From NCBI GenBank assembly GCA_951406725.2, contig OX597817.1, positions 23,250,001 through 23,314,000 of the forward strand: a DNA stretch of 64,000 nt, in the 5' to 3' direction. The DNA is from Octopus vulgaris. Lineage: Eukaryota. Numbering within the stretch: the stretch's first letter is position 1; the number at the start of each line of letters is the position of its first letter. Positions 13,951 to 27,250 of this stretch are shown one piece after another. A program made the position numbers and the translations under genes. The notes under the pieces were generated by a model. It had not been told where the DNA came from. It did no database searches and saw nothing but the letters and a program-made list of their open reading frames with translations.

Positions 13951-15665
13951 CTCGTAGAATCAACATTTTTCTCTGTTGCATTCGTTTCCACCGTGGCCTT
14001 TTCATTAACTTTTAATATCCTTTCAACTGTAAAAAAAATCGAGAATTTATTATCTAGATGCTCCACGGTTGACTAATAGTGTCTTTCCCTTTGTATTCCT
14101 AAACTGCAAATTAAATGATAAATTTTAAAGAAATTAGTTACATTCTATGCCAGCGAATTCGTATCCCAAACTATATAATTGGTGACAAATGCAGAGGAAA
14201 TAGCAATGTTCTACGCCAGTAAAAGACTAATTCATATAATTCAGGCATAGGAATATCTGAAAGTGAGGTCTAAAGTTTTGGGTAGTACACCTTCAAGTAT
14301 TCTACCCACAAAATTATATTTTTCAGGGTAAAATTGTATTTCACTCTATAAATTATTTATAAAATACATAATTTTGCAACCATTTTAATACCCGATTCAT
14401 TTATTATTTCTTTCAACTGCGAGACACAATGCTTGTATCAGAACATTTTAAAAAAATATTTTGGTAAAAATGTTCACCTATTTAATGTTTTAACTTGTGA
14501 CTATACAAGAGTAAAGGAAGGTTAATATATCAATGTGACTGTAAGCTAAAGCGAACCAATAAAACTATACCAAAGAAGGGAACCTACAAATATCAAAATA
14601 CAGAAAAATATGTGGTAAATCAATTATTATACGTACGTTAGAATTTTTTTTTATATAGCCATGCATTCGGATAGATATGCACATTACCGTGACATAACAC
14701 AATTGACATGCAATCCTGATACATAGTAATGCCTTGGCATATTATTGCTGTTATTTTTCTTTGTCTTCTTTTTTGGTACAATAAACCTGGTCGTTTTGTC
14801 ACCATATATCCCTGGTGGATAATGGAAGTGCGTTTATTTTGCTTTTTATTTCATTTTATTGTTTTTAACAGAATATGACAGTATTTCATATGATAGGGTG
14901 GATTGGAGGTTGCGATTCAATGTTCACGTTCATTGTGGAAAGTAACACTTTGTCGTGGCGTATTCGTCAAATGAAGTATTGATTATCTTTTCGTCTCTAT
15001 TTCTTAGGTCAGTGTTTTCTATAACTGGCGAAGGCGTCACTTTCCTCAGTTTTGCTTTTCGTTTTTTTTTTGTTTTTTGGGGGTTTTTTGTTGGTTTTTT
15101 TTTGCACCTCGTGAAGGATTCCATTTAAACAAATATAGCTAAAGAAAGAATTAGCAACAGTGTTTAAGGTGTGTGGTGGTGGTGGTGGTGGGGGTTAACT
15201 GCCTTTGACTTATTCGATGCCGAAGGCTACTCCTTTACTTCAGTTTGAGAAGAAGAAAGAAGAAGAAAAAAAAAGCAAATCTGTCAAACAAGTTGGGAAT
15301 GAAAGACATTGCATTTAAGGAATAAACGATTACTGAGAATTTAGATATCTGCAACTGATATAAATGTGAAGTAAATTGCGCCCGAGGGAATATAATGAAT
15401 CGCACAAAAGGATATTGCGCTACTATTCAAATCGTATCATACAATATAAGAATATTCTTTCGATTTTCTCATATTTATTTCTTATTTATTTCTTATTTAT
15501 TTATTTATTATTATTGTTATTGTTAGTAGTAGCCATATTGTTGTTGTTGTTGTTGCTGCTACCGTTATATTCGCTACCATTATAATTTTGATGGATTCCT
15601 TCGCCTTTCTTCTTCTTCTTCATCTCCGTAATAATATTTCCCTTCTCAACATCACCGTCAACGTA

Positions 15666-15710
<45 letters not shown>

Positions 15711-15735
15711 GCTACTACTACTACTACTACTACTT

Positions 15736-15805
<70 letters not shown>

Positions 15806-15890
15806 CACTCATCGACGTCGTCGTCGTCGCAGCGGTCGTCGCCGTCGTCGTCAACGTCATTGTCTTCGTCGTCGTTGTTTTTGTTGTTAT
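15666..15890. repeat. Compound (ACT)n/(CGT)n trinucleotide microsatellite
   Basis: Direct reading. Confidence 0.95.
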
Positions 15891-15892
15891 GA

Positions 15893-16090
15893 ACGCAGTG
15901 AGCCTCCAGAGTCGTTTGCACGCCAGGTAAAAATGCTTAGTGGCATTTTGTCCAGGTTTATGTTGTGAATTCAAATTCCATCATTTCATGGTTGATAAAA
16001 TAAATATCATTTAAGTTCTGATACTAAGGTCAATGTAATCGATTTACCCACTTTCCCGAAACAGCTGGCCTTGTACCGAAATTTCAAAAC
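15893..16090 (+). mobile_element. Degenerate tRNA-derived SINE (family of 32178, alternative tail)
   Basis: gcacgccaggtaaaaatgcttagtggcattt...ggccttgtaccgaaatttcaaaac; similar copies at 20383-20567, 29405-29588 (-), 30250-30465 (-) and 35597-35775. Confidence 0.65.
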
Positions 16091-16164
16091 ATTATTATTA
16101 TTAATATTATTGTTGTTGTTGTTGCTGTTGTCATTGTTGGTATTGTTGTTGGTATTGCTATTGT

Positions 16165-16195
<31 letters not shown>

Positions 16196-17140
16196 ATTCC
16201 TTTGTAACACAGTGTAGGTAAAAATCCACCTGTCAAGTCACAATAAGTACCTCAGACAGATAACACTTTCCTTTAGATGTGCGTTGTGCCCAATAAGGCT
16301 GCTTTTTGCAAGACATTAATCTTGCATGGGATTTCCAGTTCACTTAAGAAGTCTTAAAGTTTCAATGGGATTAAGCCCAACGCTCCGATCACCACTGGTA
16401 TCACTTTTATATTACCCTCTAGCATTCGATACAGTCTTGCCATTTCCACTTTCAATTCAGAGTAATTGATGATTTTTTTCAACCTCTTTACTCACAACAT
16501 TCACGTCAGTTGGTATGGCTACATCAATGACTCGACAGTATTTTTCTCTATCATCATCATCATCGTCTCTTTATCACTGGTTTTTTTGGAGCTCCTGGAT
16601 TCTTGCATACGTAGCGGGCCTACTACCTACAGACTACGGTACCATGATCTTCGTTCTTTTCAGTTATCTAATACTTTCCTCATTATTCTTGCCGTGCCAG
16701 GAAGGTCAACCTTTTGAAACAGTTCTACCGGGCACTCTATTCCAATTTTCTGTATATTCCCATTGATGCCTTATGATACTGTTCCCAAGAACCTAATAAC
16801 AATTACCACTATTTACACCTGATTCTTTTTCCATAGCAAGGCAATTTCTTACTTAACAGGGTTCTATATATCTATCTTTTCGTCTTCCTTCTTAACTCTT
16901 CATGTGTCAAAGAGACATACATCATTGATTATATAGCATGCAACATCAATTACATAGCATACGTGGTGCACCTAGTCCACTACCACTATATGTATGAATA
17001 CCACCTGAACGGTTTGGATTGGATAATCCCAGACAATGTTATTGGTATCCGACTCTGCAACTCTCTGCGGTCTGTGCTTTACCACGTCTTGTCTCTCTCT
17101 CTCTGTAGCCCCCACTTTTCGCACATTTTCCAAAGTTGGA
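16196..17140 (-). mobile_element. Stacked 3' fragments of R4/Dong-like (restriction-like endonuclease) LINEs
   Basis: Minus translations IKVIPVVIGALG, LQKAALLGTTHI*RKVL, QKVDLPGTARIMRKVLD and WKMCEKWG...IVWDYPIQT. Confidence 0.75.
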
Positions 17141-17162
17141 GATCGCACGCGAGTCAGGGAAT

Positions 17163-17393
17163 TTAAAATGTACTAAGACTAATTTGCACCAAGAGATAGG
17201 GAAGGAGTTCGTCATCTGTTAAAATCCAATTTTGACTTCTGTGAAGGAAGCGTTCCATACAACAGACGACTTGTTTTCTGTCAACTCCCGCCTGGTGGAG
17301 AACTAGGCATGAGTTGGCTAATGATGTGCAGACAAGCGCTGAGACAGCTGCATTTCCATATTTTCCATTATAGTGAACAGATGCGGTTGCCAT
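17163..17393 (-). CDS. 76-aa ORF of unknown function whose ATG overlaps the stop of the spliced 40-aa ORF
   Basis: ORF-track peptide MATASVHYNG...; lies in non-repetitive, less AT-rich sequence downstream of a strong acceptor. No recognisable domain. Confidence 0.2.
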   Translation of the reverse strand: MATASVHYNGKYGNAAVSALVCTSLANSCLVLHQAGVDRKQVVCCMERFLHRSQNWILTDDELLPYLLVQISLSTF

Positions 17394-17431
17394 TAGTCAA
17401 CCGTTTTCAACAGTTCGTTTCTTTCCCAGAG
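17393..17431 (-). CDS. Putative last coding exon of spliced micro-ORF (LWERNELLKTVD*)
   Basis: Acceptor atatttaatttttttacag|CTC; phase 0 matches the upstream exon; TAA at 17395-17393. Confidence 0.4.
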   Translation of the reverse strand, partial: LWERNELLKTVD

Positions 17432-17809
17432 CTGTAAAAAAATTAAATATCTAACGTGTTCATCTGCTGAATATTTTCCCGTTTTGATTCTCTTAATACC
17501 TGTCCCTATATATTTATCTACATGAATGTATATTTCATACATCAAACCCAAGCATGCTTTACTGGAAAACTGTCTCCATATCTGCTCACTAGGATTTCTC
17601 TTCTACCCACTCCTTTACCTCGCAGACATTGTCCTCGATAAAGGCGTCGGAATGTAAGTTCAAATCCTTTGAGTACTACCACGTGTTTGTCATACTGAGC
17701 AGCTTTGGAAAGATTCAATCGTAACCAATTGTGTGTGTATCTATATGTATGCATATATATATGTATAAATATATATATATATATATACACATACATACAT
17801 ATATATAGG

Positions 17810-17872
<63 letters not shown>

Positions 17873-17883
17873 ACACACACATA

Positions 17884-17964
<81 letters not shown>

Positions 17965-17974
17965 ATATATATAT

Positions 17975-18043
<69 letters not shown>

Positions 18044-18420
18044 CATGTAAACTTAGTTTTCTGTTTCATTGGCCTCGAGTGTTCACGAAAGGCCTTAAGA
18101 CCCAACGATATGGAATATTATCGTAGGTTTCCTTGTATTATATCTAACCAACAGTTCCTCCTTATTTGTGAGCTAGAAATAAGAATGTTATTAAGTGAGC
18201 TTAATAACATTATATCGATATAGAAGAGATCAGCAGTTTCCTGTTATTTCTTTCATCATCTGTTTTGCTCCTCTGGTAATATATTTTTCTCCAGAATGCT
18301 ACACAATTCATCTGTTCCGACGTCAACTAATATTTCTCAAAGCAACGGTAAGCTTGTAATAGGTCTATAATCACCGACTTCACCTCGTATCTCTGTCGTT
18401 CTATATTACAACAAATATAT

Positions 18421-18630
18421 TTTCCTCTTCTTCTTCTTCTTCTTCTTCTTCTTCTTCTTCTTCTTCTTCTTCTTCTTCTTCTTCTTCTCCTTTTCCTTCA
18501 GCATCTTCTTCTTCTTCAGCATCTTCTCCTTCTTCTTCAGCATCTTCTCCTTCTTCTTATTCTTATTCTTATTTTTATTCTTATTCTTATTCTTCGGCGT
18601 CTTCTTCTTCTTCTCCTTCTTCTTCTTCTT

Positions 18631-18661
<31 letters not shown>

Positions 18662-18915
18662 TTCTTCAGCGTCTTCTTCTTCTTCTTCTTCTTCTTCTTC
18701 TTCTTCTTCTTCTTCAGCATATTCTTCTTCTTCCTCTCCTTCTTCTTCTCCTTCTCCTTCTCCTTCTTATTCTTCTCCTTCTTCTCCTCCTCCTTCTTCT
18801 TATTATTATTATTCTCCTCCTCCTCCTCCTCCTCCTCCTCCTTCATCTTCTTCTTCTTATTATTATTATTATTATTATCATCATCATCATCATCATATTA
18901 TTATTATTATTATTA
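18421..18915. repeat. Long mosaic (CTT)n/(CTC)n/(TTA)n microsatellite
   Basis: Direct reading; source of the poly-Lys pseudo-ORF. Confidence 0.95.
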
Positions 18916-19522
18916 TTTTATGTTTGACTTTTGCATTGTATTTGTACAAGTTGACTCCAAGTCTCACCCAGAAACCTCAAGAGGCAACAAGTTTGAAGTT
19001 CAATTTAGTGCTATGATTAGGGTGTAATACATTTGGTTTTGCACAAATTATTGTTCTTGTGAATGTTTAAGAAAACACAAGAAATTAAAATTTTGTGCTA
19101 ACTCTTGAGATTACATAGGCAGTGATTTACGTAGGATATGGGCAGTTCCCATGGCCAGTATTTTAAAAAATTTCTGGCATTTTTTTAATTTGCAGGTATC
19201 TGAACTAGGTAGCATTCAACCCCTCTTGCTATCATTCCTAGGGCACCTAGGACAACAGGTATTGTTTTAGTCTTGGGGTCTCACATTTTGCCAATTCCTA
19301 TTTCAATATATTTATACTTGCTCAGTTTTTGGTAGGTCTTGGCGGATACATTTTTTGTCTGGCCTATTCGAATCTATCTTTCTGTCAATCTGTACAGTGA
19401 AGTTCTAGAGGAATGCGATGTGGTCATTTTCAAGCACTGGAGGTGTTTTATGTTCCCACCAGTTTTTAGCATGAGCAGGTTCAATTTTACGCAAATTAGC
19501 CAGTGAATATACTGTACTGCTC

Positions 19523-19525
<3 letters not shown>
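18916..19525 (-). mobile_element. R4/Dong-like LINE 3' fragment inserted in (TAA)n
   Basis: RAVQYIHW.IC, DRKIDSNRPD, TIPVVLGALGMI and MGTAHILRKSL; (TTA)n on both sides. Confidence 0.8.
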
Positions 19526-19555
<30 letters not shown>

Positions 19556-19556
<1 letters not shown>

Positions 19557-20109
19557 GAGTGAGAGAGCAGTGCATGCCATCAAAGTGACACTGGGGTAAA
19601 ATATACGAAGCCCAGTATACCCATCATGACTACCCGTCTGATAAGGTTACACTAGGCACATGCATCACAACCATATGTGCGCGACATGGTGATCTCATAT
19701 CAAAATAAACAGCACATGACTTTGCAGGTGGGGCCCAGTTAGAATTTTCTTCGGGTCGAGTAACCCATCCCACTCGAAAGGTCCCTGAATAAGGGTTGTT
19801 TAAGGATGTTGAACGAAACACCCATGTTTCCAGAGGTGAATTATTCAAACCCCAAACAATCCCTCTCAACACATGGCTACGATGCTCCCCCACTACTTTT
19901 GCTCGTGATCAGAGATGCACATATCGCCAGCCACTAAGGGACATACTCAACTGGTTAAAGTCAAACAACTGACAAGCAAATCTGTGGTATTGAGCAGAAT
20001 ATTTGCTGTAGCCCATCTTTTATACCAAGACAAAACAATGTACATGATAACACTTCCAATCAGTTAAGATCAGAAGCCATGAAAGCCACTGCCTGGTCCT
20101 GTATCAGGG

Positions 20110-20111
<2 letters not shown>
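19556..20111. mobile_element. ~555-bp non-coding element inserted in (TAA)n, copy 1
   Basis: Colinear, high-identity inverted copy at 53826-54374; both have precise ends in AAT-type repeats. Confidence 0.85.
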
Positions 20112-20199
<88 letters not shown>

Positions 20200-20313
20200 T
20201 AGTAGTTGTAGTAGTTGTTGTAGTTGTGGTAGTAGTAGCAGTAACAGCAGCAGCAGTAGCGGCAGCAGCAGTAGTAGAAGTAGCAGCAGTAGTAAAAGTA
20301 GCAGCAGAAGCAT

Positions 20314-20382
<69 letters not shown>
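20112..20382. repeat. (TTA)n/(GTA)n/(GCA)n compound microsatellite
   Basis: Direct reading. Confidence 0.95.
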
Positions 20383-20383
<1 letters not shown>

Positions 20384-21404
20384 CGTTGTATGGTAGAACT
20401 TGTGGCACGCCGGAGAAATCGCCTAGCGGCATTTCTTCCTTCTTAAGGGTTCACTTTGCATTTCGTCACTCGGGATCGACAGAATAAGTACCAATTGTGT
20501 CTGAAGTCAACGTGATCGATCATGCCTTCAGGTGAAATGCCGCTGGGTCTATGCCGAAATTTGACACTAATTTTCTTGCTGCTACTGCTGCTCTTCTGTT
20601 TTTTGTTGTCGCTGTTCTTGTTGTTCTTGTTCTTGTTCTTGTTGCTGCTGTAGTTCTTGTTGTTGTTGTTAAAGAGAAGATTGGGTAAAATAACTTAAAG
20701 TATTTATATTTATGCTTCATTAGGTTCTGATGTCAAACCTTAGCAGATTGACATTATATTCCATTATATGTGGGTTTGGTAGAATAATAACTATCATTAT
20801 ACTCAAGTACACTTAATGAAATGAGTCTTATAAAAGATATGGCTATTCGCCAATATTTAAATTGAGCACAAATCTCGTTGAACCACACTGCCGAACAAAG
20901 TCTGTGACATAGAAAACTCTTGTTTGCGTTTTATTTTAATTTTTACGCAAATAATGGTATTCAGACAGTCAGGAATATATAACAAATCAGCAATTTTTTT
21001 TTCTCTATAATACACAACCTAGTGTCTAAATCAAAGCCACATAACCGACGTCATATACATTCGATATATTTCGGAAGAAACTTGGTATAACAAACTCATT
21101 TGCATAATGTCTCTTTCTTGCAAGTTTTCAGTTTCAAATAATAGATGAATTTAGAATTACTTCAAAAGCATTCCAATAGAATTTGATGTTCTCAAAAAGA
21201 AGAAAGTAAAAGTGTATGGATGAAGAGATTAAAGTATGCTAACGAATAAATAGATAAAGGATATTTTCATACGTATCAATAAGGTATGAATATTACATTC
21301 TCTATTTTCGCCACATAAATATATTTTCTGTACCTCGATTATAAACGTTAATATTACTTCTTTCAAATTCTGCTATTTTCACACAGGTCATTATATGATT
21401 TGCA

Positions 21405-21481
<77 letters not shown>

Positions 21482-21591
21482 TATATGCATATATATATAT
21501 ATGTATGTATATGTATATAATATATGTATATGTATATATGTAAATGTATATATATATATATATATATGTATATGTGTATATATATACATAC

Positions 21592-21649
<58 letters not shown>

Positions 21650-22436
21650 TATATATATATATATGTACGTATGTATGTATATTTATATTCGGTTGTCTTT
21701 CAACGTTGTGTTGCGAAATTTTCAGTGACGTTTGTATCCTCAAACACACATATGCATACACGGATTCTTGAATATGCATATGCTTGTGAGTGAGTTTGTG
21801 TATGTATATACGTGTTAGTGTGTGTGTTTGTATGTTTGTGTGATGGAGAAGCAATCTTTAAGTTATTATTTATTCATGCTTCGCTGTTTTTGAAGTAGGT
21901 TACCTAGTAGATCATAAGCGCGAATACTTTAGGAGGTCTAAACGTATTTCAAATAATTTTATACGACTAAATCCTACACCAAATACAGGTCGTTAAATTC
22001 ACCTTTTATATCAAGATTATACATACATATATGTGTGTGAGCGTGTGTGTATTTATGTGTGTGAGTATGTGTATATGTTTACACACATATATCCGCACAA
22101 AACCACGCAAACACGCCTACATATTAAATCATACTAGAATTACTTCGTTTCTAAGATCCAAAAGAATAAGCACTTCCTAAGCTTACCGTGGTAAGTCTGG
22201 TGAGAAATAAAAATGGTTATTACCTGAGAATATTTAGGGATGCGGAGTGAGGCCTTATGAAATCTTGTTACCTTTATAGTTTGGAAAACTTCGAAGCGAA
22301 TTAGATCTATAATTATTGCACTTTGTAAAAGGAGGACGGCTCATGCGTGCTAATCAATGTAAATACACCACAGTCGTAGCTACGTATAACGCACTATCAC
22401 AAACACTCTTGTGACATCGGTAATATATTGATATAT

Positions 22437-24650
22437 TGTTGTAGGGAATTAGTAATAATGGTACACCTATCGCACGAAATGAATGGAATAACCTAGCCAC
22501 TATAAGTAAAGAGAAATACGTGATGTACCGGAGTATGTAGTATTGCATACCGAAGTGGATGTTGTAACAATCCAAAAATTTTAAGGATTAAAACAGTAGT
22601 GAAGAGGATTTAAACAACTCACGATGAGGATTGAAGCAATTCACGTGGAGGTAATAATCTCAACGATGAATTAACCAATCACGAGGAATGATTTTGTTGT
22701 GCGAATTTTACGAAAAAAATTCGTAAAATTATAGAAACTTTTGCGGCTGGTTTGCTCCAGTAGCTAAAACAGCAACAACAACAACTGGAAGAACAACCAC
22801 AAGAGCAGCTGCAACTTCAAGAACAACAGCTGAAGCAACAACAACTAAAAGAACAGCAACAACAATAATTACTATTACAGCCAAAAATGCTGCAATTAAT
22901 GAAGTCGTTAGGAACTTCAGAAAAACTGTTCTCGTTACATTATATCGCGAACTCCGTAACAGAGTTCAGATATGAACCTGATGAAGGAGCTGCATACGAA
23001 GCATAGTAAGGAAGATATGAGCAAATCCTAGAGAAAGAATGTAAAGACTGAGACGACGAGATGAAAACGCGCTTAATCTTGAGAAAACCGGCGGCGGCAA
23101 CAGAGTATGAATGATATAGTAATTATGTATTTCCAAGAAAACTTTCGGACATAAACTTTAATGACACAATAGATATACTGTGTAAAACTTTCAATGTAAA
23201 AAGCTCATAGTTCAACATGCGACGGAAGTGTCTGTACATAAAGAAAAACAATGACGAAGACTACATCATATATGCTTGTAGAGTAAACAGGGAATGCGAG
23301 ACGTTTAAGCAGGACGAATCAACGTCAGATATGTTTAAATGCGTGAGGTTTGCATAGGGAATTACTGACGAAAAGACGCAAAAGTTAGAACTAAAATTCT
23401 CGCAAAGCTGGAACAAAACCAGGATGTAACCGTACTGCAAGTTTCAGAAGAATGTGAAAGGATAGTCAAATTAAGACGCTTGAATTGGAAGTAAGTTTAT
23501 TTCCAAGTAAAGTAAGTGCGAAATAATCAGAATAGAGATAAAGTGTTTTCTAAAAATTCACGACAAAAATCAAGAAATAAACCCATGTTTTGCAGGAAGA
23601 GATGTACACTTCAGGAAAAATTGTCCATTTAAGAAAGCTGAGTGTTTTAGTTGTGGTAATATCGGACATATAAAGACGCACTGTATAATGAAGATAAAAC
23701 TTCAGAAGAAAGGAAATAGTGTAAATAGTATGTTATCGGAAGAAATTGGTAATACAACGATAAGGACATTTGTGAAAGTGAAAATCAGAAATATAAGTGT
23801 TAAAATGAAATTAGACACTGGAAGTGATATCGCCATAATAAACGAAAAAACTTGGAAATATTATGGTAAGCCGAAATTCATTAAATCTAAAAAAAGGTGT
23901 TGGGGGAAAAGATTATAGTTTCTCGGTCGATTCCTATTTTATGTAACATTTCCAGGTCATTAGAAAAGGGCAAAGATATATATATATTAAACGATTCACT
24001 TAATCTATTTAGTACAGAATGGATGGAACTCTTCAAATTGTGAGATACGCCCATGAGTATTATGTGTGGAAATATAGTTGTGTCAGTCAAAAGTTCAAAT
24101 ACGGCCGAAGGACTTAAGCAGAAAATTGCAGTAAAGGAAAGTGGAACAGCAGCATGTAAGCCAAAGCGAAATGAAAATTACTCACGATAAAAAGTAAACA
24201 TTGTTCCCTGGCCGAGAATACACATCGATGTTGCTGGTCATTTAAACGGTTATTACTACTTAGTGGTTGTTCATAGGTTATCGAAATGACCAGAAATTTG
24301 TAAGTATAAAACACCAACCTCCGCAACATTGATGAATTATTTAAACGAACTGTTAGCAAAATTTGACATCCCAGACAAGATTGTGTCTGACAATGAAACA
24401 CAATTTGGGTCTACAGAATTTTAAAACTTTTGCGAAACGTTCGCAGAACATATATCTACAGCACCATACCATCCAATATGTAATGGATAGGCAGAACGCT
24501 TTGTCGACACATTCAAGATAGCCCTTAGAAAATCGAATACGGAAGTCACGGCTGAGGTAGCCCTACAAAACTTTTTAAGATTCGTGACAGATATATGGAA
24601 GCTTCGCCAACACAATTTCCAAAACGAAAAAATGTTAAGAGAAAAGTGTT
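22437..24650 (+). mobile_element. Decayed gypsy LTR retrotransposon (gag-protease-integrase; RT/RNase H deleted)
   Basis: Gag knuckle CFSCGNIGHIKTHC; protease KLDTGSDIAII; integrase WPRIHIDVAG, DIPDKIVSDN.TQF and APYHP.CNG*AERFVDTFK. Possible 5' LTR TGTTG...TAACA at 22437-22569. Confidence 0.85.
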
Positions 24651-25882
24651 CTAGATTAGTCATGACCTTAGAATTAGGGTAAGATTTTGTGGTAACCTTC
24701 TCTCACCCCTTGTCTTTTCGTTGCTGTCTTTTTAGGAATATGGATTAACTAGGCGGAGAAGATTTGCAGTCCCCTTGCTCCTGCCCCTTTTATTCGCCTC
24801 TTACACCATGCTGGGAATACGGCAACTGCATTCTACCGATCTCCCCACCGGTCGCAGGGGGCTTTGCTAGTTAACCCATAACTGGACCCTTACAGGTACT
24901 ACCAATCAAGGCCAGAGTAGACCTAGGAACAATAGCGGCTAAGAGGTGGTCCCACAACCCTCAAACACTGAAACCAGGGCCCAGGGTACCTCTAGCTGAT
25001 GTAGTTCATAGTCATACCCAGGTGCTTATACTATTCTTAAATTATGTAATGCTATTCGTACTGTAAAGAAATGGACTATTTGGAAAGCACACATATTGTT
25101 CCTATACGTAGCTGAGCTGGATTATTTTAAATGATTTCAGCATGAAAAGTATATATATAAAAAAAAGTAGGAGTTAAAGGGGTGAGTAGAGGAATGTTAG
25201 TGGTTAGCAAGTATAATGTATGAATATATAGCTTTAGCATTATGTGTATAGATTTATTAGGTTTATACTGTAAATAACGCAAGGAATTGAGAACTTGGTT
25301 AGTTGTTTCAGTGTCCAATTTACTCGAGGGTAATAATTCCTACCCTGAGTAATAACTGTAGGACTAATTGAGATTTACACACGACACACTAGGAGTTGCT
25401 CTTCTCTCTTTTGACCAGATATACTGATGTGCAAAATCTCGCTATTTTGTAAATGTATTGTAAAACAACGCAAAATTATGGGAAACTGTAAGGGAAAGTA
25501 TTTGTGTAATTGTGCTCACAATGGGTGTTTTTACCCACTCTTTACGGCGTGTATACACACGCATGCATATGGATATGAGTGATCGTGACCTGAATTTAGT
25601 AGTAGTCATTGAGTTTATCATATTGTGTTGTTGCTGAAGGACCGTTGGCAAACTGCTTTGAATGTGTAGATGTAGTGGAATGGTGATTCTACTACTGTTA
25701 AAGTAGTTGCCGTTTTAAAAGGATTGGCATTTTGCTCCTTTGTACTATTGATCTCTTCTTCGTGGTTGGTTACACATACGATTATCTGACCTTTAAGATA
25801 CGGCCTGTAAGTACACAAACATGTTCGTTCACTCATACATCCATACATGTGCTCACGCTCGGACACACACATACATATATGT

Positions 25883-25925
<43 letters not shown>

Positions 25926-26659
25926 TATATGCACACAAAAACACACGCACACATATACATGCGATGTTTCATAGATATATATATTTAACGTGTCGTTTCC
26001 TTAAAAATTTTAAAACATAATAAACACTCCCGTTTCTACACCATTTCCTAACATGAAGAGATCAACGAAGAAGGGGATAATAATTTGGAACGTAACTCAG
26101 ACAGGAAAATGATTAGTGTCTTTGCAATTTTTTTGCTTCTAATATTCCATTTTTGCTTTCGGCTTTAGCTCAGAGTGTAGAAAAAAACTATTTCGTCCTT
26201 TCGTAAAATAGACAATCACCGATAACGCCATCCTATACTTCACAAGAACCCAAAACAAAATTACTTTTTTTTATATCTATTCTAAAAGTTGCAGAAATCA
26301 AATTAACACCGCACATTAGACTTGCTGTGGAGTAGTTGCTCCCTGATTAACACTTGTCGTGATTATATGATCGCCCTTTCTCTATGCTCTGCAGTTGTTA
26401 ATATTTCTGAACTACGACATATCCATACAATGCATCTGACTAACCCGAATGAGTTTAGTTGTTGTAATGACAGATGCTGGCTTTCATAGATATTGCTTGA
26501 TTCATCAGACAGCAAACTGGAGTTTAAGGAAAAGCCTAATATTTATCAAATGATACCTTAATTAAACTCCAGTACATATTTTCCGTCTAACTCCCATGTG
26601 TTGAACTGAGCTATGTATGTACGTACGTGCATACATACATATGTATGAATTAATGTATG

Positions 26660-27250
26660 TATGTAATAACAAATTAATAAATAAAACATATGCATATATA
26701 CATACATATATGTACGTACCTACATCTACATGTATATATACATGCATATATGGGTACAGGACACCAAAAAAAACGTCGAACACAATGAGAACCGAAAACA
26801 TAAACACAAAACCAAGGAACTGGACATTTTGCTTAAACAACGAAAAAATAGAGTACAGGACATATAACACAAGGAAAATTCCCCTTCTTCAGTCGCCATG
26901 GTTTCGTCTACTCCCGTTTCGAAGGTGAAGGCAAGACTTGACTTCTGTGAAACGTTCCTTCCCGCGAAAAGCAAATTAAATAAAATTTGAGATGTTTTTG
27001 CGGAGAGGTAAAAATGGTAACAAAAACAAGACAGTACAGAATAAAAACAGTAAAAGACAGGACAAGGAGAATAACAGTAACACAGACAAGAAGGGCTGTT
27101 AAGCCAAACGAGATAAAAATATTACGAACGTTATTTTTGAGAACGGCGAAGGAGCCACAGAAAATGCTGTCTACACTCGGGTGAAGCAAGGTCAGAAATG
27201 ACAGTAGTTCCCTCATCGCTGACCAGCGACGGGACAGGGGATGAGGGGTA
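26660..27250 (-). mobile_element. Second copy of the 10510-11000 repeat family
   Basis: Shared aataacaaattaataaataaaacatatgcatatatacatac and reverse-complement matches across ~450 bp. Confidence 0.7.

Noticed and set aside
14930-15124. 64-aa Lys-rich ORF
   Set aside because: The Lys runs come from poly-T tracts; no recognisable domain.
24680-25720. GC-richer repeat-like segments after the gypsy element
   Set aside because: Probably further retroelement ends, but no second copy or protein motif in the window to classify them.
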